DNA of 64,000 nucleotides from an uncultured Rickettsiales bacterium (GCA_964538615.1 CAZIGK010000002.1:72655-136654), one strand, 5' to 3'; counted from the stretch's first letter, positions 28,123 to 37,968 are shown. Numbers and translations are program-made. Notes: generated by a model not told the origin, from the sequence alone.

Positions 28123-30048
28123 ATGCTGGCGGAGCTTGGAAGTTTTCTGTTGTTACTGCTCATGGTAATAGCTGGATTGCAAACGCTGGCTTCAGCTCGC
28201 ATTTCCAGCCTTCCGGAAGCAGCGGCGTCGTCTGCGGCGGTGCGTCTCTCTTGCCATATGAGTTACGGTTTGTGGGGCGTTGCCACAGCATCGCTGCTAC
28301 TCCTTTTTGCCTTGTTTGTTTGCGATGATTTTTCCGTTTTATCGGTCGCCACTCATTCACATCAGCATAAACCACTACTGTATAAATTATCGGCATCCTG
28401 GGGGCATCATGAAGGCTCTCTGTTGCTATGGCTCTGGGTATTAACCAGCTACGGGGCATTTCTGGCTAAAACCGGCCGTAAACTCCCGGCGCCCATCTAT
28501 CATCGCGCACTGGCTGTGCAAGCTGGTATCATTTTGTGCATCACAGGATTTGTCATTTTCACGTCCTCTCCCTTTGCGCGCCTCTGGCCTGCGGCGGTGG
28601 ATGGTCATGGCCTGAACCCCTTGCTACAGGATGTCGGTCTGGCCATTCACCCTCCAATGCTCTACATGGGCTATGTGGGGTATTCTCTGCTGTTTTCTCT
28701 GGCCTGCGCAGGGTTATCTGTTCCCGGTGCTATGGCACAACACTACTGGCGCTATATGCGGGCCTGTAATCTGTTGGCATGGGCTTTTTTAAGTCTGGGG
28801 ATTATGCTGGGCGCATGGTGGGCACACCGGGAGTTAGGCTGGGGCGGCTGGTGGTTCTGGGATCCGGTGGAAAATGCATCCCTCATGCCATGGCTGGCTG
28901 GTACGGCGTTGCTGCACCTTCTGCCAGTGGCGGAAAAACGCAGCCTGTGGCGCAAAGGGTGTTTGTTCTTTGCCATGCTCACGTTTATTCTTAGTTTGCT
29001 CGGCACATTTTTGGTGCGTTCTGGCCTCCTGACATCGGTGCATGCCTTCGCCAGTGACCCTGCCCGTGGTGTGGTAATCCTGTTGGTCATTGGCTTATTA
29101 GGTGGCTATGGCCTGTGGCAATTTGCCCGTAGCACACACCCCATGCAAGCCACCATCGTGCGCCCCCCTGCCCCCCTCAGTCGGGAGCATGCGCTTCTGT
29201 TGAATAGCCTGCTGTTTACGCTGGCGCTGCTGGTGGTCGTGCTGGGCGTAGGCTACCCGATGGTGACTCAGGCCATCTGGCAAAACGGGGTTTCCATTGG
29301 CCCGGCCTATTACCATGGGCTGATGTTGCCATTATCTGCCGTGGCTATGCTGGCGCTGCTGTTTTTATCGGAAACCCGCTGGCAACGCGATGCTTTGCCA
29401 CGTTTGCTGCGAAGCCATGCCCGTAGCCTGTTTCTAACAGGCGTACTTGCGGCAGCAATCAGTCTGGATGCCACCTCCGATCTGTCGCAAGCACAAGCAA
29501 ACTGGCCGGGAGGATGGTATGTTTTTCCTGCATTATGGTTGGCGCTGCATCAACTGGCGTTATTGCGCTTAAAAATAAACCGCAAGCAGTTCCCAACCTA
29601 TCTGGCACATGCCTGCTTTGCCCTGTTGTGTATGGGCGCGGCGGGAACCTATTTCGGGCAACAACAGACGGAAGCGATTTTAAAACCGGGAGAGTCGATG
29701 ACTCTGGGACGCTATACCATCACCTATCAGGCGCTACAGACCGGTACCGAACAGGATTATACCTTCGCCCGCGCACGTCTGGAGGTGAAACACCCGCAAC
29801 AGGATAGCACCACGCTTCTGCCAGAGCGCCGTTATTACACGGTACAAGGCAAAGATACCGCCGAATCTGAGCGTCACTGGCATGGCCTGACCGAGTTACA
29901 TGCCGTGGTGGCAGATGTGAACCAAGAGCAACACATCAGCCTGCGCTTCTACCTCACTCCGTGGATAATGGCCGTCTGGCTGGGAGGAAGTGGCTTGGCA
30001 CTGCTGGCGGCTCTATCGGCGGCACGACGATTGGCAAAGCTTTCTTAA
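28123..30048 (+). CDS. ccmF: Cytochrome c heme lyase subunit CcmF
   Basis: WWD motif WGGWWFWDPVENASLMPWL. It is a polytopic membrane protein of 641 aa. Confidence 0.9.
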   Translation: MLAELGSFLLLLLMVIAGLQTLASARISSLPEAAASSAAVRLSCHMSYGLWGVATASLLLLFALFVCDDFSVLSVATHSHQHKPLLYKLSASWGHHEGSLLLWLWVLTSYGAFLAKTGRKLPAPIYHRALAVQAGIILCITGFVIFTSSPFARLWPAAVDGHGLNPLLQDVGLAIHPPMLYMGYVGYSLLFSLACAGLSVPGAMAQHYWRYMRACNLLAWAFLSLGIMLGAWWAHRELGWGGWWFWDPVENASLMPWLAGTALLHLLPVAEKRSLWRKGCLFFAMLTFILSLLGTFLVRSGLLTSVHAFASDPARGVVILLVIGLLGGYGLWQFARSTHPMQATIVRPPAPLSREHALLLNSLLFTLALLVVVLGVGYPMVTQAIWQNGVSIGPAYYHGLMLPLSAVAMLALLFLSETRWQRDALPRLLRSHARSLFLTGVLAAAISLDATSDLSQAQANWPGGWYVFPALWLALHQLALLRLKINRKQFPTYLAHACFALLCMGAAGTYFGQQQTEAILKPGESMTLGRYTITYQALQTGTEQDYTFARARLEVKHPQQDSTTLLPERRYYTVQGKDTAESERHWHGLTELHAVVADVNQEQHISLRFYLTPWIMAVWLGGSGLALLAALSAARRLAKLS

Positions 30049-30216
30049 TAAAGAGTGGTTTATACTTGTTTTGTACGTTAAGGGTTGCTTGCCGAAAGGA
30101 CGCATCAATGTTATACGCCGCAATCCATGGTTTTGTTTGACACACACAGGTAATCTATGACAGGTGAATGGTATCATCGTGTTTCAGCGGAACCTCACGC
30201 GAGGGTGATTAATCCC

Positions 30217-30708
30217 ATGTTGCAAGACATCCATATCCTCATAGCGGAAGATGACAATATGATGCAGCGACTGCTGCGTGATATGTTGACCGCTATTGGC
30301 TTCACCAATATCACGGGGGTGAATAACGGGGAAAAAGCGCTGCAACACCTGAAGTTCAATGCTGTTGATATTCTGATTGCCGATTGGGCCATGCAGCCCA
30401 TGGATGGGCTGACCCTGACCAAGCGAATCCGGGAAGAGATTGAGGGGGGCAACCGCTATGTTCCCATTGTCATGCTGACCGGTAGAGGGGAACGGCAGGA
30501 TGTGCTGGCCGCACGCGATGCGGGCGTGACAGAATATATTGTCAAGCCATTCAATGCCGGAACCTTGTTTAAACGTATTGAGTCTGTCATTGAAAATCCA
30601 CGCAGTTTTGTCATTTCCAAAAGCTTTAAAGGTCCTGACAGGCGGCGCAAGAAGGACTCTCCCCCAGACGGCAGGCTCAAGCGAAAATCGGATTCAAAAA
30701 ATGCCTGA
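30217..30708 (+). CDS. Single-domain CheY-like response regulator with a basic C-terminal tail
   Basis: ILIAEDD ... ILIADWAMQPMDG ... MLTG ... IVKPF, then GPDRRRKKDSPPDGRLKRKSDSKNA. Start chosen at MLQDIHI (30217). Confidence 0.85.
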   Translation: MLQDIHILIAEDDNMMQRLLRDMLTAIGFTNITGVNNGEKALQHLKFNAVDILIADWAMQPMDGLTLTKRIREEIEGGNRYVPIVMLTGRGERQDVLAARDAGVTEYIVKPFNAGTLFKRIESVIENPRSFVISKSFKGPDRRRKKDSPPDGRLKRKSDSKNA

Positions 30709-30749
30709 TGTACCGTTTTATTAACCAAGATGACAAAAATATAAAACCG

Positions 30750-30778
30750 TTTACATATTCAGCGTCCAATTGCATAAT
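30750..30778 (+). promoter_or_regulatory. Sigma70-like promoter candidate
   Basis: TTTACA, 17-nt spacer, CATAAT. It lies about 40 bp upstream of ATG 30818. Confidence 0.35.
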
Positions 30779-30817
30779 GCACTGCATATAAAACGCCCAT
30801 CACGCGAAGATTATGCT

Positions 30818-31309
30818 ATGAACACGAATAATGACGAACTGCCGATACTCATCCCCCCCAATGAAAACCTACAACGCAAAGTGGGGCGCGGTATTAAGCT
30901 GCGCAGTCTGGTCACAGATAAAAAACTGGAAGAAGCCGAACAGGTTCTAAAGACCACCACCGAAGAGTTTTTGGATCTGACGCGTCTGGATTTGAAGAAT
31001 ATGCAACATGCTTTGTTGCATCTGGATGACCCGCAAATATTAGAGATGCTGCGCGCCTCGGTGTTTAGCGTCAAAAGCCGCGCCGGAATGTTTGACTATA
31101 ATCTGGCCTCCACTGTCTGCCGCCAACTGTATAATTTTCTACAGGATAAAGAGCGGCTGGACGAAATGGACAAAGACACCGTGACCGCTCATGTCAACGC
31201 ACTGCGCGCTATTTTTCATGCCAACATTGTGGGAGACGGCGGAAAAGTAGGTTATGAACTGCTGGAAGGCCTGATTCAATTGCTGCACCGCCATACAAAA
31301 AACCTGTAA
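30818..31309 (+). CDS. Hypothetical helical protein, possibly an Hpt-like fold lacking the phospho-His
   Basis: LRASVFSVKSRAGMFDYNLASTVCRQLYNFL resembles the Hpt signature (aHsLKGsag.fGy..la..c..lE..l), with Phe where the His should be. The assignment is weak. Confidence 0.5.
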   Translation: MNTNNDELPILIPPNENLQRKVGRGIKLRSLVTDKKLEEAEQVLKTTTEEFLDLTRLDLKNMQHALLHLDDPQILEMLRASVFSVKSRAGMFDYNLASTVCRQLYNFLQDKERLDEMDKDTVTAHVNALRAIFHANIVGDGGKVGYELLEGLIQLLHRHTKNL

Positions 31310-31397
31310 TTCTGCGTACTGGAGTCCTGTTTCTGGCTGGTTGAAAGTTGGGTAATATGCTAAAGAGCATGTGAGGATTCAAAGAGGTTCACCCGCC

Positions 31398-34300
31398 ATG
31401 CCTTACAGCCAACCACATGCCACCGCGACCCTACAGAATACGGATACGCCAGACTTTTTAACGGCTCTGCGGCAAGCCATTACCCACCATAGTTTTGTGG
31501 ATGAAGAAACCGCCGCCACCCAGCTATTGCACAGCACCCATATTGCGGAGCATACGCGCCAGCGTATCCGTCAGCAGGCAGCTCAGTTGATAGAGGTGAT
31601 GCGGGACAGGCATACGCTGGGCGTGGAAAGTTTTATGCAGCAATTCCCTTTAAGTGAAAAAGAGGGCGTGCTGATTATGTGTCTGGCGGAGGCGCTGTTG
31701 CGTATCCCCGATACGGAAACCATGGATAAACTGATCCGTGATAAGTTCACCGATGCTCAGTGGAATAAACATCTGGGAGATACAGACCACTTTTTAGTGA
31801 ATGCTTCGTCCTGGGGGTTAATGCTAACAGGTAAAATTTTGCAATATGAGCAGGATGACGCCCCCGGCTTAATGCGTAACTTACTCAACCGCGCCGGAGA
31901 ACCTGTTATTCGTCAGGCATTGCAATATGCCATGCGTTGGATGGGTAGCCAGTTCATTTTGGGGCAAACCATTGAAGAAGGCATTGCCAACGCCGCAAAA
32001 CAGCAAAAAAGAGGCTATACTCATTCCTATGATATGTTGGGTGAAGGCGCACGCAATGACCAGTTTGCACAGGGCTACCTGCAAAAATACCAACATGCCA
32101 TTGCCGCCATCGGGAAAGCCGCCAAAGGGGATAACCTGTTCCGCCGTCCCAGTATTTCCATTAAACTGTCTGCACTACATCCGCGCTATGAATCCCGCCA
32201 GAAAGAACGGGTCATGGCAGAGCTGTTACCGCGTTTGAAGCAACTGCTGCTGGACGCCAAAAAACACAACATTATGGCCGCCATTGACGCAGAAGAAGCA
32301 CGCCGTCTGGATGTGTCGCTGGATCTGTTTGAAATGCTCTACCGTGATGCTGATTTTGCTGATTGGGAAGGCATTTCCATTGTGGTGCAAGCCTACCAGA
32401 AACGCGCTATCCATGTAGTGCGATGGCTGTCTGAACTGGCAGCGGATGTTGGCAAGCGTATTCCCGTGCGGCTGGTGAAAGGTGCTTATTGGGATTCGGA
32501 AATTAAAGAAGCACAAATCAAAGGCGCGCAAGACTATCCGGTCTTTACCCGCAAAGTCACCACCGATCTCTCCTATATCGCCTGTGCGCAGGAAATGCTG
32601 CGCCATGCCAAAGACCGCTTTTATCCCCAGTTTGCCACCCACAACGCCAATACCGTCGCCACCATTATGCAACTGGCTCCGGAAGGCGTAGCCTACGAAT
32701 TTCAGCGCTTGCATGGCATGGGGGAAAACCTGCATGACCAACTGGTGGATCGGAAGCAAAACCCGGTTCCTGTGCGTATTTATGCCCCTATTGGGGTACA
32801 TAAAGACCTGCTGGCGTATCTGGTGCGCCGTTTGCTGGAAAATGGGGCGAACAGTTCCTTCATTCACCAGCTGGCGGATAAACGCATCCCTATCGATGCA
32901 CTTACCAGTGACCCATTGAATGAAGTCCTGCATTTTAACGGCCAGTTCCAGAATCCAGAGATTCCCCTGCCTGCCCATATTTACAGCGTAGGCCGCCCTA
33001 ATTCCCAAGGGTTGGATATGAATTACCCGCAACATCTGCAACGCTTTGCAGAAGAAGCGCGCCCTTACCAATACCATGCCTATGCGGTGACAAGCCTGAT
33101 TCATGGACATAAAGCACTGGGGGAAGCACATGCTGTACGCAACCCCGCGAATGGCAATGATGCTGTGGGGCAATGGATGCAGGCATCCGAAGAAGATTGT
33201 GCCAAAGCTCTGGCCATAACCTGTGGCTATCAGAGCACATGGGCAACGACCCGCGTCAGTCAGCGTGCGGATATACTCCGTCGTTGCGCGGAATTGCTGG
33301 AGAGAGAGCGCTTCCGGCTCATGGCGCTGCTAGTGCGCGAAGCAGGAAAAACCCTGCAGGATGCCGTGGATGAAGTGCGGGAAGCTGTAGATTTTTGCCA
33401 TTATTATGCGCTACATGCGGAAAAATTGATGGCGCACCCACAGCGAATGGACGGCCCCACCGGAGAACACAACAGCCTGAGCCTGCACCCACGCGGCACC
33501 TTCTTTTGCGTTAGCCCGTGGAACTTCCCGCTCGCCATCTTTACCGGACAAATAATGGCGGCCTTGGTCTGCGGCAATACAGTGATTGCCAAACCCGCAG
33601 AGCAAACCAGCCTGATTGCCCATGAAGCGGTGCGCCTGTTCTATGAAGCGGGCATTCCGGAGCAGGCACTCAGCCTGCTGCTGGGAGATGGCGCAGCCAT
33701 TGGCAAATCTGTTTTACAGGACACGCGCATTGCTGGCGTTGCCTTTACGGGGTCACTGGCAACGGCTCGCGCTATTCAGCAAGCACTGTTCAACCGTGGT
33801 GGTGCCCTGCCCCACCTTATCGCGGAAACAGGTGGCCAGAACTGCATGATTGTGGATAGCTCTGCCCTGCATGAACAGGTAGTGGATGACGTGCTGTTTT
33901 CAGCGTTTGGCAGTGCGGGGCAGCGTTGTTCCGCCCTGCGTATTCTCTGTGTGCAGGAAGATGTGGCCGATGAGGTAGAAACCATGCTACAGGGTGCCAT
34001 GCGGGAAATGACCCTTGGCAACCCATGGCATGCGGCAACGGATATCGGGCCGATTATTGATGCGGAAGCCAAAGCCAATCTGCAAAAACATCAACAAGCC
34101 ATGCGGGATAAAGGCCGTGTGGTGTTTGAACTGCCACTGCCGGATGCCCTGATGAGCGCCGGGCATTTTGTAGCACCTTCGGTGTATCGTATTGATAGCA
34201 TTGCCGAACTGCCGGAAGAGCATTTTGGCCCCATACTGCACATCCTGCGCTTCAAAGCGATGGAATTGGATGGGCTGATTGAGCAGATTAACGCTTCCGG

Positions 34301-34562
34301 CTACGGCCTGACACTGGGCGTGCATAGCCGTATTGATGCCACCATTCACCATATTTCCAGCCGGGCACATGTGGGCAATATCTACATCAACCGTGGCATG
34401 ACAGGTGCCGTAGTTGGGGTGCAGCCCTTTGGCGGCGAAAATCTTTCCGGCACTGGCTTTAAAGCTGGTGGCCCGTATTACCTATTGAAATTCCTCTCTG
34501 AACGCACCCTGACAGTCAACACCGCAGCCATTGGGGGTAATTTGGATTTGTTTACCAGTTGA
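31398..34562 (+). CDS. putA: Bifunctional proline dehydrogenase / L-glutamate gamma-semialdehyde dehydrogenase PutA
   Basis: PRODH barrel (YDMLGEGAR, VRLVKGAYWDSE) plus an ALDH domain (FTGSLATARAI, ETGGQNCMIVDSSAL, GQRCSALR). There is no N-terminal RHH DNA-binding domain. Confidence 0.95.
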   Translation: MPYSQPHATATLQNTDTPDFLTALRQAITHHSFVDEETAATQLLHSTHIAEHTRQRIRQQAAQLIEVMRDRHTLGVESFMQQFPLSEKEGVLIMCLAEALLRIPDTETMDKLIRDKFTDAQWNKHLGDTDHFLVNASSWGLMLTGKILQYEQDDAPGLMRNLLNRAGEPVIRQALQYAMRWMGSQFILGQTIEEGIANAAKQQKRGYTHSYDMLGEGARNDQFAQGYLQKYQHAIAAIGKAAKGDNLFRRPSISIKLSALHPRYESRQKERVMAELLPRLKQLLLDAKKHNIMAAIDAEEARRLDVSLDLFEMLYRDADFADWEGISIVVQAYQKRAIHVVRWLSELAADVGKRIPVRLVKGAYWDSEIKEAQIKGAQDYPVFTRKVTTDLSYIACAQEMLRHAKDRFYPQFATHNANTVATIMQLAPEGVAYEFQRLHGMGENLHDQLVDRKQNPVPVRIYAPIGVHKDLLAYLVRRLLENGANSSFIHQLADKRIPIDALTSDPLNEVLHFNGQFQNPEIPLPAHIYSVGRPNSQGLDMNYPQHLQRFAEEARPYQYHAYAVTSLIHGHKALGEAHAVRNPANGNDAVGQWMQASEEDCAKALAITCGYQSTWATTRVSQRADILRRCAELLERERFRLMALLVREAGKTLQDAVDEVREAVDFCHYYALHAEKLMAHPQRMDGPTGEHNSLSLHPRGTFFCVSPWNFPLAIFTGQIMAALVCGNTVIAKPAEQTSLIAHEAVRLFYEAGIPEQALSLLLGDGAAIGKSVLQDTRIAGVAFTGSLATARAIQQALFNRGGALPHLIAETGGQNCMIVDSSALHEQVVDDVLFSAFGSAGQRCSALRILCVQEDVADEVETMLQGAMREMTLGNPWHAATDIGPIIDAEAKANLQKHQQAMRDKGRVVFELPLPDALMSAGHFVAPSVYRIDSIAELPEEHFGPILHILRFKAMELDGLIEQINASGYGLTLGVHSRIDATIHHISSRAHVGNIYINRGMTGAVVGVQPFGGENLSGTGFKAGGPYYLLKFLSERTLTVNTAAIGGNLDLFTS

Positions 34563-34653
34563 TGTCATTTTTTTGCTACGTTGTCACAGAAACTTCATAT
34601 AACTTCAGTACAACAGTAGATGAGGTTATTTTTCTGCTAGGGAAACTGCGCGT

Positions 34654-35076
34654 ATGGCCAATAAACCCCCCCAAGAACCCCGTGTCATGTCACCGGATAA
34701 AGCAAAGTACGCTTTATCCAAATTATTTGCCGAAGGCGGGCAGACGCTGGTTGAGTCATCAAGGGAAGTATTTGAACTGGCCGCCACTGCTGGCTTGATT
34801 AGCCGTGATGTCGCGCAAACAGCCGCCCAATTTGCAGGTGGACTGGTAGGAGTTGGCGCTGTCTTGGGGTTAGGTGCCACCTTATCAGAAAACCGCCAGC
34901 GTCTTGCTGATGTCGCCGCAGGGGTTGCAGGCGCTCTGGGACATGATAAAGGAGCCATACGGGGTCGCATTCAAAGTATTATGGCCGTCTTGGATGGTGT
35001 TGCGGAAGGAGCTCTCGCCGAAAGAGCCGCCAACGTCGCCAATGCGATTGAGGCACACCAGGCACAAGCGCGCTAA
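34654..35076 (+). CDS. Hypothetical protein with a Gly/Ala-rich hydrophobic (glycine-zipper-like) segment
   Basis: 140-aa ORF in an otherwise empty gap, containing AAQFAGGLVGVGAVLGLGATL. No family recognised. Confidence 0.45.
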   Translation: MANKPPQEPRVMSPDKAKYALSKLFAEGGQTLVESSREVFELAATAGLISRDVAQTAAQFAGGLVGVGAVLGLGATLSENRQRLADVAAGVAGALGHDKGAIRGRIQSIMAVLDGVAEGALAERAANVANAIEAHQAQAR

Positions 35077-35099
35077 CCCTTGCCGATTAAGGTTTTATC

Positions 35100-35444
35100 A
35101 TGATGGGCACGCCCGGCGGATCATCGTTCTTCTCAGATTTTGTGACGAAGCATATCGCCCGCAAAACGCCGATTGTGATTTTGCACTACAGCAATGACCG
35201 TTTGGGTTTTTTGCATTTCTGGTATCTGGCCATGTATGCGTCCGATGCAGAGAAATACGCCAAACTGGCAGAGCGGGATGATTTCAACCCAACGGATCAC
35301 TTTGCCGTACTGGCCGAAGGTGCCGGCACCCCAACAGAAGAGATGCTGGAATATATGTACACCTACTATGGTGCCATTCCGCCAGAAGATTTACGCCATC
35401 TCTGGTGCCCACCAGAATTAAAAGCTCTGGCTCTGCATAGCTGA
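35100..35444 (+). CDS. Hypothetical small cytoplasmic protein
   Basis: 114-aa ORF starting 24 nt after the previous stop, on the same strand. No family recognised. Confidence 0.45.
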   Translation: MMGTPGGSSFFSDFVTKHIARKTPIVILHYSNDRLGFLHFWYLAMYASDAEKYAKLAERDDFNPTDHFAVLAEGAGTPTEEMLEYMYTYYGAIPPEDLRHLWCPPELKALALHS

Positions 35445-35587
35445 ATTTCCTGTACCATGGCATAGAGAACGCACCCGAATATGCTCACGGGATTTCGTGA
35501 TCGTGAAGATGCTTTATAGACTGTTAGCCCCCCCTGTCGTCTTGATTCCCTTAATAACGCACGCTACTGCCATGTAAAATAACGGCT

Positions 35588-35617
35588 AAAAAAAGGGCTG
35601 GCAGTTGCCTGCCAGCC
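35588..35617 (-). terminator. Rho-independent terminator downstream of flgE
   Basis: GGCTGGCAG-TTGC-CTGCCAGCC hairpin (35596-35617). The A7 run at 35588-35594 is a T-run on the minus strand. Confidence 0.6.
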
Positions 35618-35736
35618 AAGTTCACGGGAAACTCATGGGGACAAGGACACCACTTATAGCGGTTCCTTGTGGGGGCAATTGTCTCCTTTTTCGGGCGCGA
35701 TGTGCGCCTAGCTGAATAGATTGCCCTCAGAGAAAA

Positions 35737-37968
35737 TTAGCCCACTAGACGGTTCAGCTCTTCCAGCAGGGTATCTGCGGTAGAGATGACCTTGGTGTTA
35801 GATTGATACGCACGCTGCGCCACAATCATATCGGTTAGTTCTTCAGAAAGCTCAACATTGGATGCCTCTACCACTCCGGCACGGACGTTACCGACCCCGT
35901 TGGTTTTGGCTTCACGCAGGTTGAAGTCTCCGGCTTCCTGCGTGGCGGCCCATACGTTACCGGTAAGCGCCTCCAGACCATTGTAGTTAGGGAAATCAGC
36001 CAATGGAAGCTTGTACAGTTTTTGGTTTTCACCATTGCTGTAGTTCGCAATCACATATCCTTCTTCATCAATGGTGACATTGATAAGAGAGCCAACTTCT
36101 GCACCATTCTGGTTAATGAAGGCAACGTTGTAATCTGCGGCAAACTGGCTGAGGCCTGAGGTGTCCCCAAACTCATCGACACCGGTTGTACCTGCCGGAA
36201 AGCCTGCATTCCCCCAGTCCATCGTTATCTCACTGGGAGACGCACCATTGTTCCAGATGATGTTGATGGGGTTACTCAAGCCGGAGGAAATACTCCGCAA
36301 GCTACCATCCCCGTTGAAGACGATATTGCCGCGTGCAATCTGATTCCCCACCAGTGCCCCATTAATATCCCCATCATCGGATGCATAGACTTCCGCTGCC
36401 CAGGTATTATCCGCCACTTTCAGGTAACTGATGGTAATGTTGTGGCCAGTCCCTAAGGCATCGTAGATACGTACATTTCGGCTGAAGTGCGGGGTTACTG
36501 CACCGTCAGACATATTTTTGTCAATATTGGCAGGGTCATAGAGTTCGGAGAAGATGTTCTCCCCCACATCGAAGGCGCTATCCGCATCCGCATCAGCCCA
36601 AAGCCCCATCTCCTGCACCAAATCATAGGCAGCACCACCGTTGGCCACCATATTCACGTCCGTAAAGGTAACCGTTCCCAGCGGATCTTCCGTATAAATC
36701 CCCAGTGCTGTATCAGACAGCGGGTTTTCCAGCACAAAGGTAATACCATCGGATTCACCCACTTTGTTGGCCAAATCCCGCAACGTACCAAAACGAGGGG
36801 TAGAACCTGCGGCCACCGTATCATACATACCCAGACTGCCCACAAAATCTGTTGCGCCGGCATTGGTGAAGGTCATGGCGGAATTAGCGTCATCTGGCAC
36901 AATCACCAACTGATCGTTGACAATGCGCGCATTCAAACCCGGTGTATTGGAAATAGCCTGTGCCAGTGTTTGCATGTTATTAAACTGAGGCACATCCGCC
37001 AACGGATTGGGTGAGGATTGTTTATATTCAAAGGTGTAGGGGGTTCCATCCACATCAATAATAAACTGAGAATCCACACCGGAAGCCGGAGCAGAACCAG
37101 AGGTAAAGAAGGTTTGAGTGGTGGAGGTGATATCCACACCACCCGCACCAGAGAAATCCACACCACCCGCGCCCGTAATCGCACCAGAGGTACTAAAACC
37201 ACCATATTCAAAGTCATAAATCAGACCGCCGCTGGTCGTAACTCTTAGGGTAGTTCCCAAACCATCTGTGACACCGCTACCGTTATCCACGTTATCCTGC
37301 ACCAGAGTACCCGCAATGGGGGCAATCGGGTCATCAGCACTAATACTGCTGTTGAGACCAGAAGAAAAGTTGATAATTTGCCCATTACCACGTGCGACTG
37401 GCTGACGTGCATCCAAATTAGTGCCGACGTCAATTTGGGTGGTTGCGGCGACCACACCATTGCCAAACTCAATATTCACCGTTTCCAGTGATTGGGTGGT
37501 GGAAAAGGGCACCGTATTGACGTTACCGGGCTGCCCAGGCAGACGCCCTTCACGATCCAGTGGCCAGCCTTGCAGGTAAAATCCACCCTGACGACTATAC
37601 ATATTGCCCAGCGCATCCACTTCAAACTGGCCAGCACGGGTAAACATCATGCGGGCATCGCTGGCCTGACTGTCTGGCCGCTGGCTGACCACAAACATAC
37701 CACTGCCCTGAATAGCAATATCCGTATTGGAATCGGTCGAGGTCAGCAACCCCTGCTTAGAAACCAACTGACGCACTCCGGCCAGCACCCCGCCCGGATT
37801 GTACGAAACTGAGGAAGCCGAGTTGTTCACCAACGTTTCAAAGTACGCTTTATTGGCTTTATAGCCGACGGTATTGACGTTGGAAATATTGTCGGAGATG
37901 GCACCGATTTTGGTACCTTGCCCCTTAATGCCGGAAACGCCTGAATAGAGAGAACCGTAAATGGACAT
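35737..37968 (-). CDS. flgE: Flagellar hook protein FlgE (large, 743 aa)
   Basis: N-terminus MSIYGSLYSGVSGIKGQGTKIGAISDNISNVNTVGYK. C-terminus VEASNVELSEELTDMIVAQRAYQSNTKVISTADTLLEELNRL. Confidence 0.9.
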   Translation of the reverse strand: MSIYGSLYSGVSGIKGQGTKIGAISDNISNVNTVGYKANKAYFETLVNNSASSVSYNPGGVLAGVRQLVSKQGLLTSTDSNTDIAIQGSGMFVVSQRPDSQASDARMMFTRAGQFEVDALGNMYSRQGGFYLQGWPLDREGRLPGQPGNVNTVPFSTTQSLETVNIEFGNGVVAATTQIDVGTNLDARQPVARGNGQIINFSSGLNSSISADDPIAPIAGTLVQDNVDNGSGVTDGLGTTLRVTTSGGLIYDFEYGGFSTSGAITGAGGVDFSGAGGVDITSTTQTFFTSGSAPASGVDSQFIIDVDGTPYTFEYKQSSPNPLADVPQFNNMQTLAQAISNTPGLNARIVNDQLVIVPDDANSAMTFTNAGATDFVGSLGMYDTVAAGSTPRFGTLRDLANKVGESDGITFVLENPLSDTALGIYTEDPLGTVTFTDVNMVANGGAAYDLVQEMGLWADADADSAFDVGENIFSELYDPANIDKNMSDGAVTPHFSRNVRIYDALGTGHNITISYLKVADNTWAAEVYASDDGDINGALVGNQIARGNIVFNGDGSLRSISSGLSNPINIIWNNGASPSEITMDWGNAGFPAGTTGVDEFGDTSGLSQFAADYNVAFINQNGAEVGSLINVTIDEEGYVIANYSNGENQKLYKLPLADFPNYNGLEALTGNVWAATQEAGDFNLREAKTNGVGNVRAGVVEASNVELSEELTDMIVAQRAYQSNTKVISTADTLLEELNRLVG

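Noticed and set aside
32226-33173. 315-aa minus-strand ORF inside putA
   Set aside because: putA is continuous and motif-rich on the plus strand across this interval. The antisense translation has no recognisable features.
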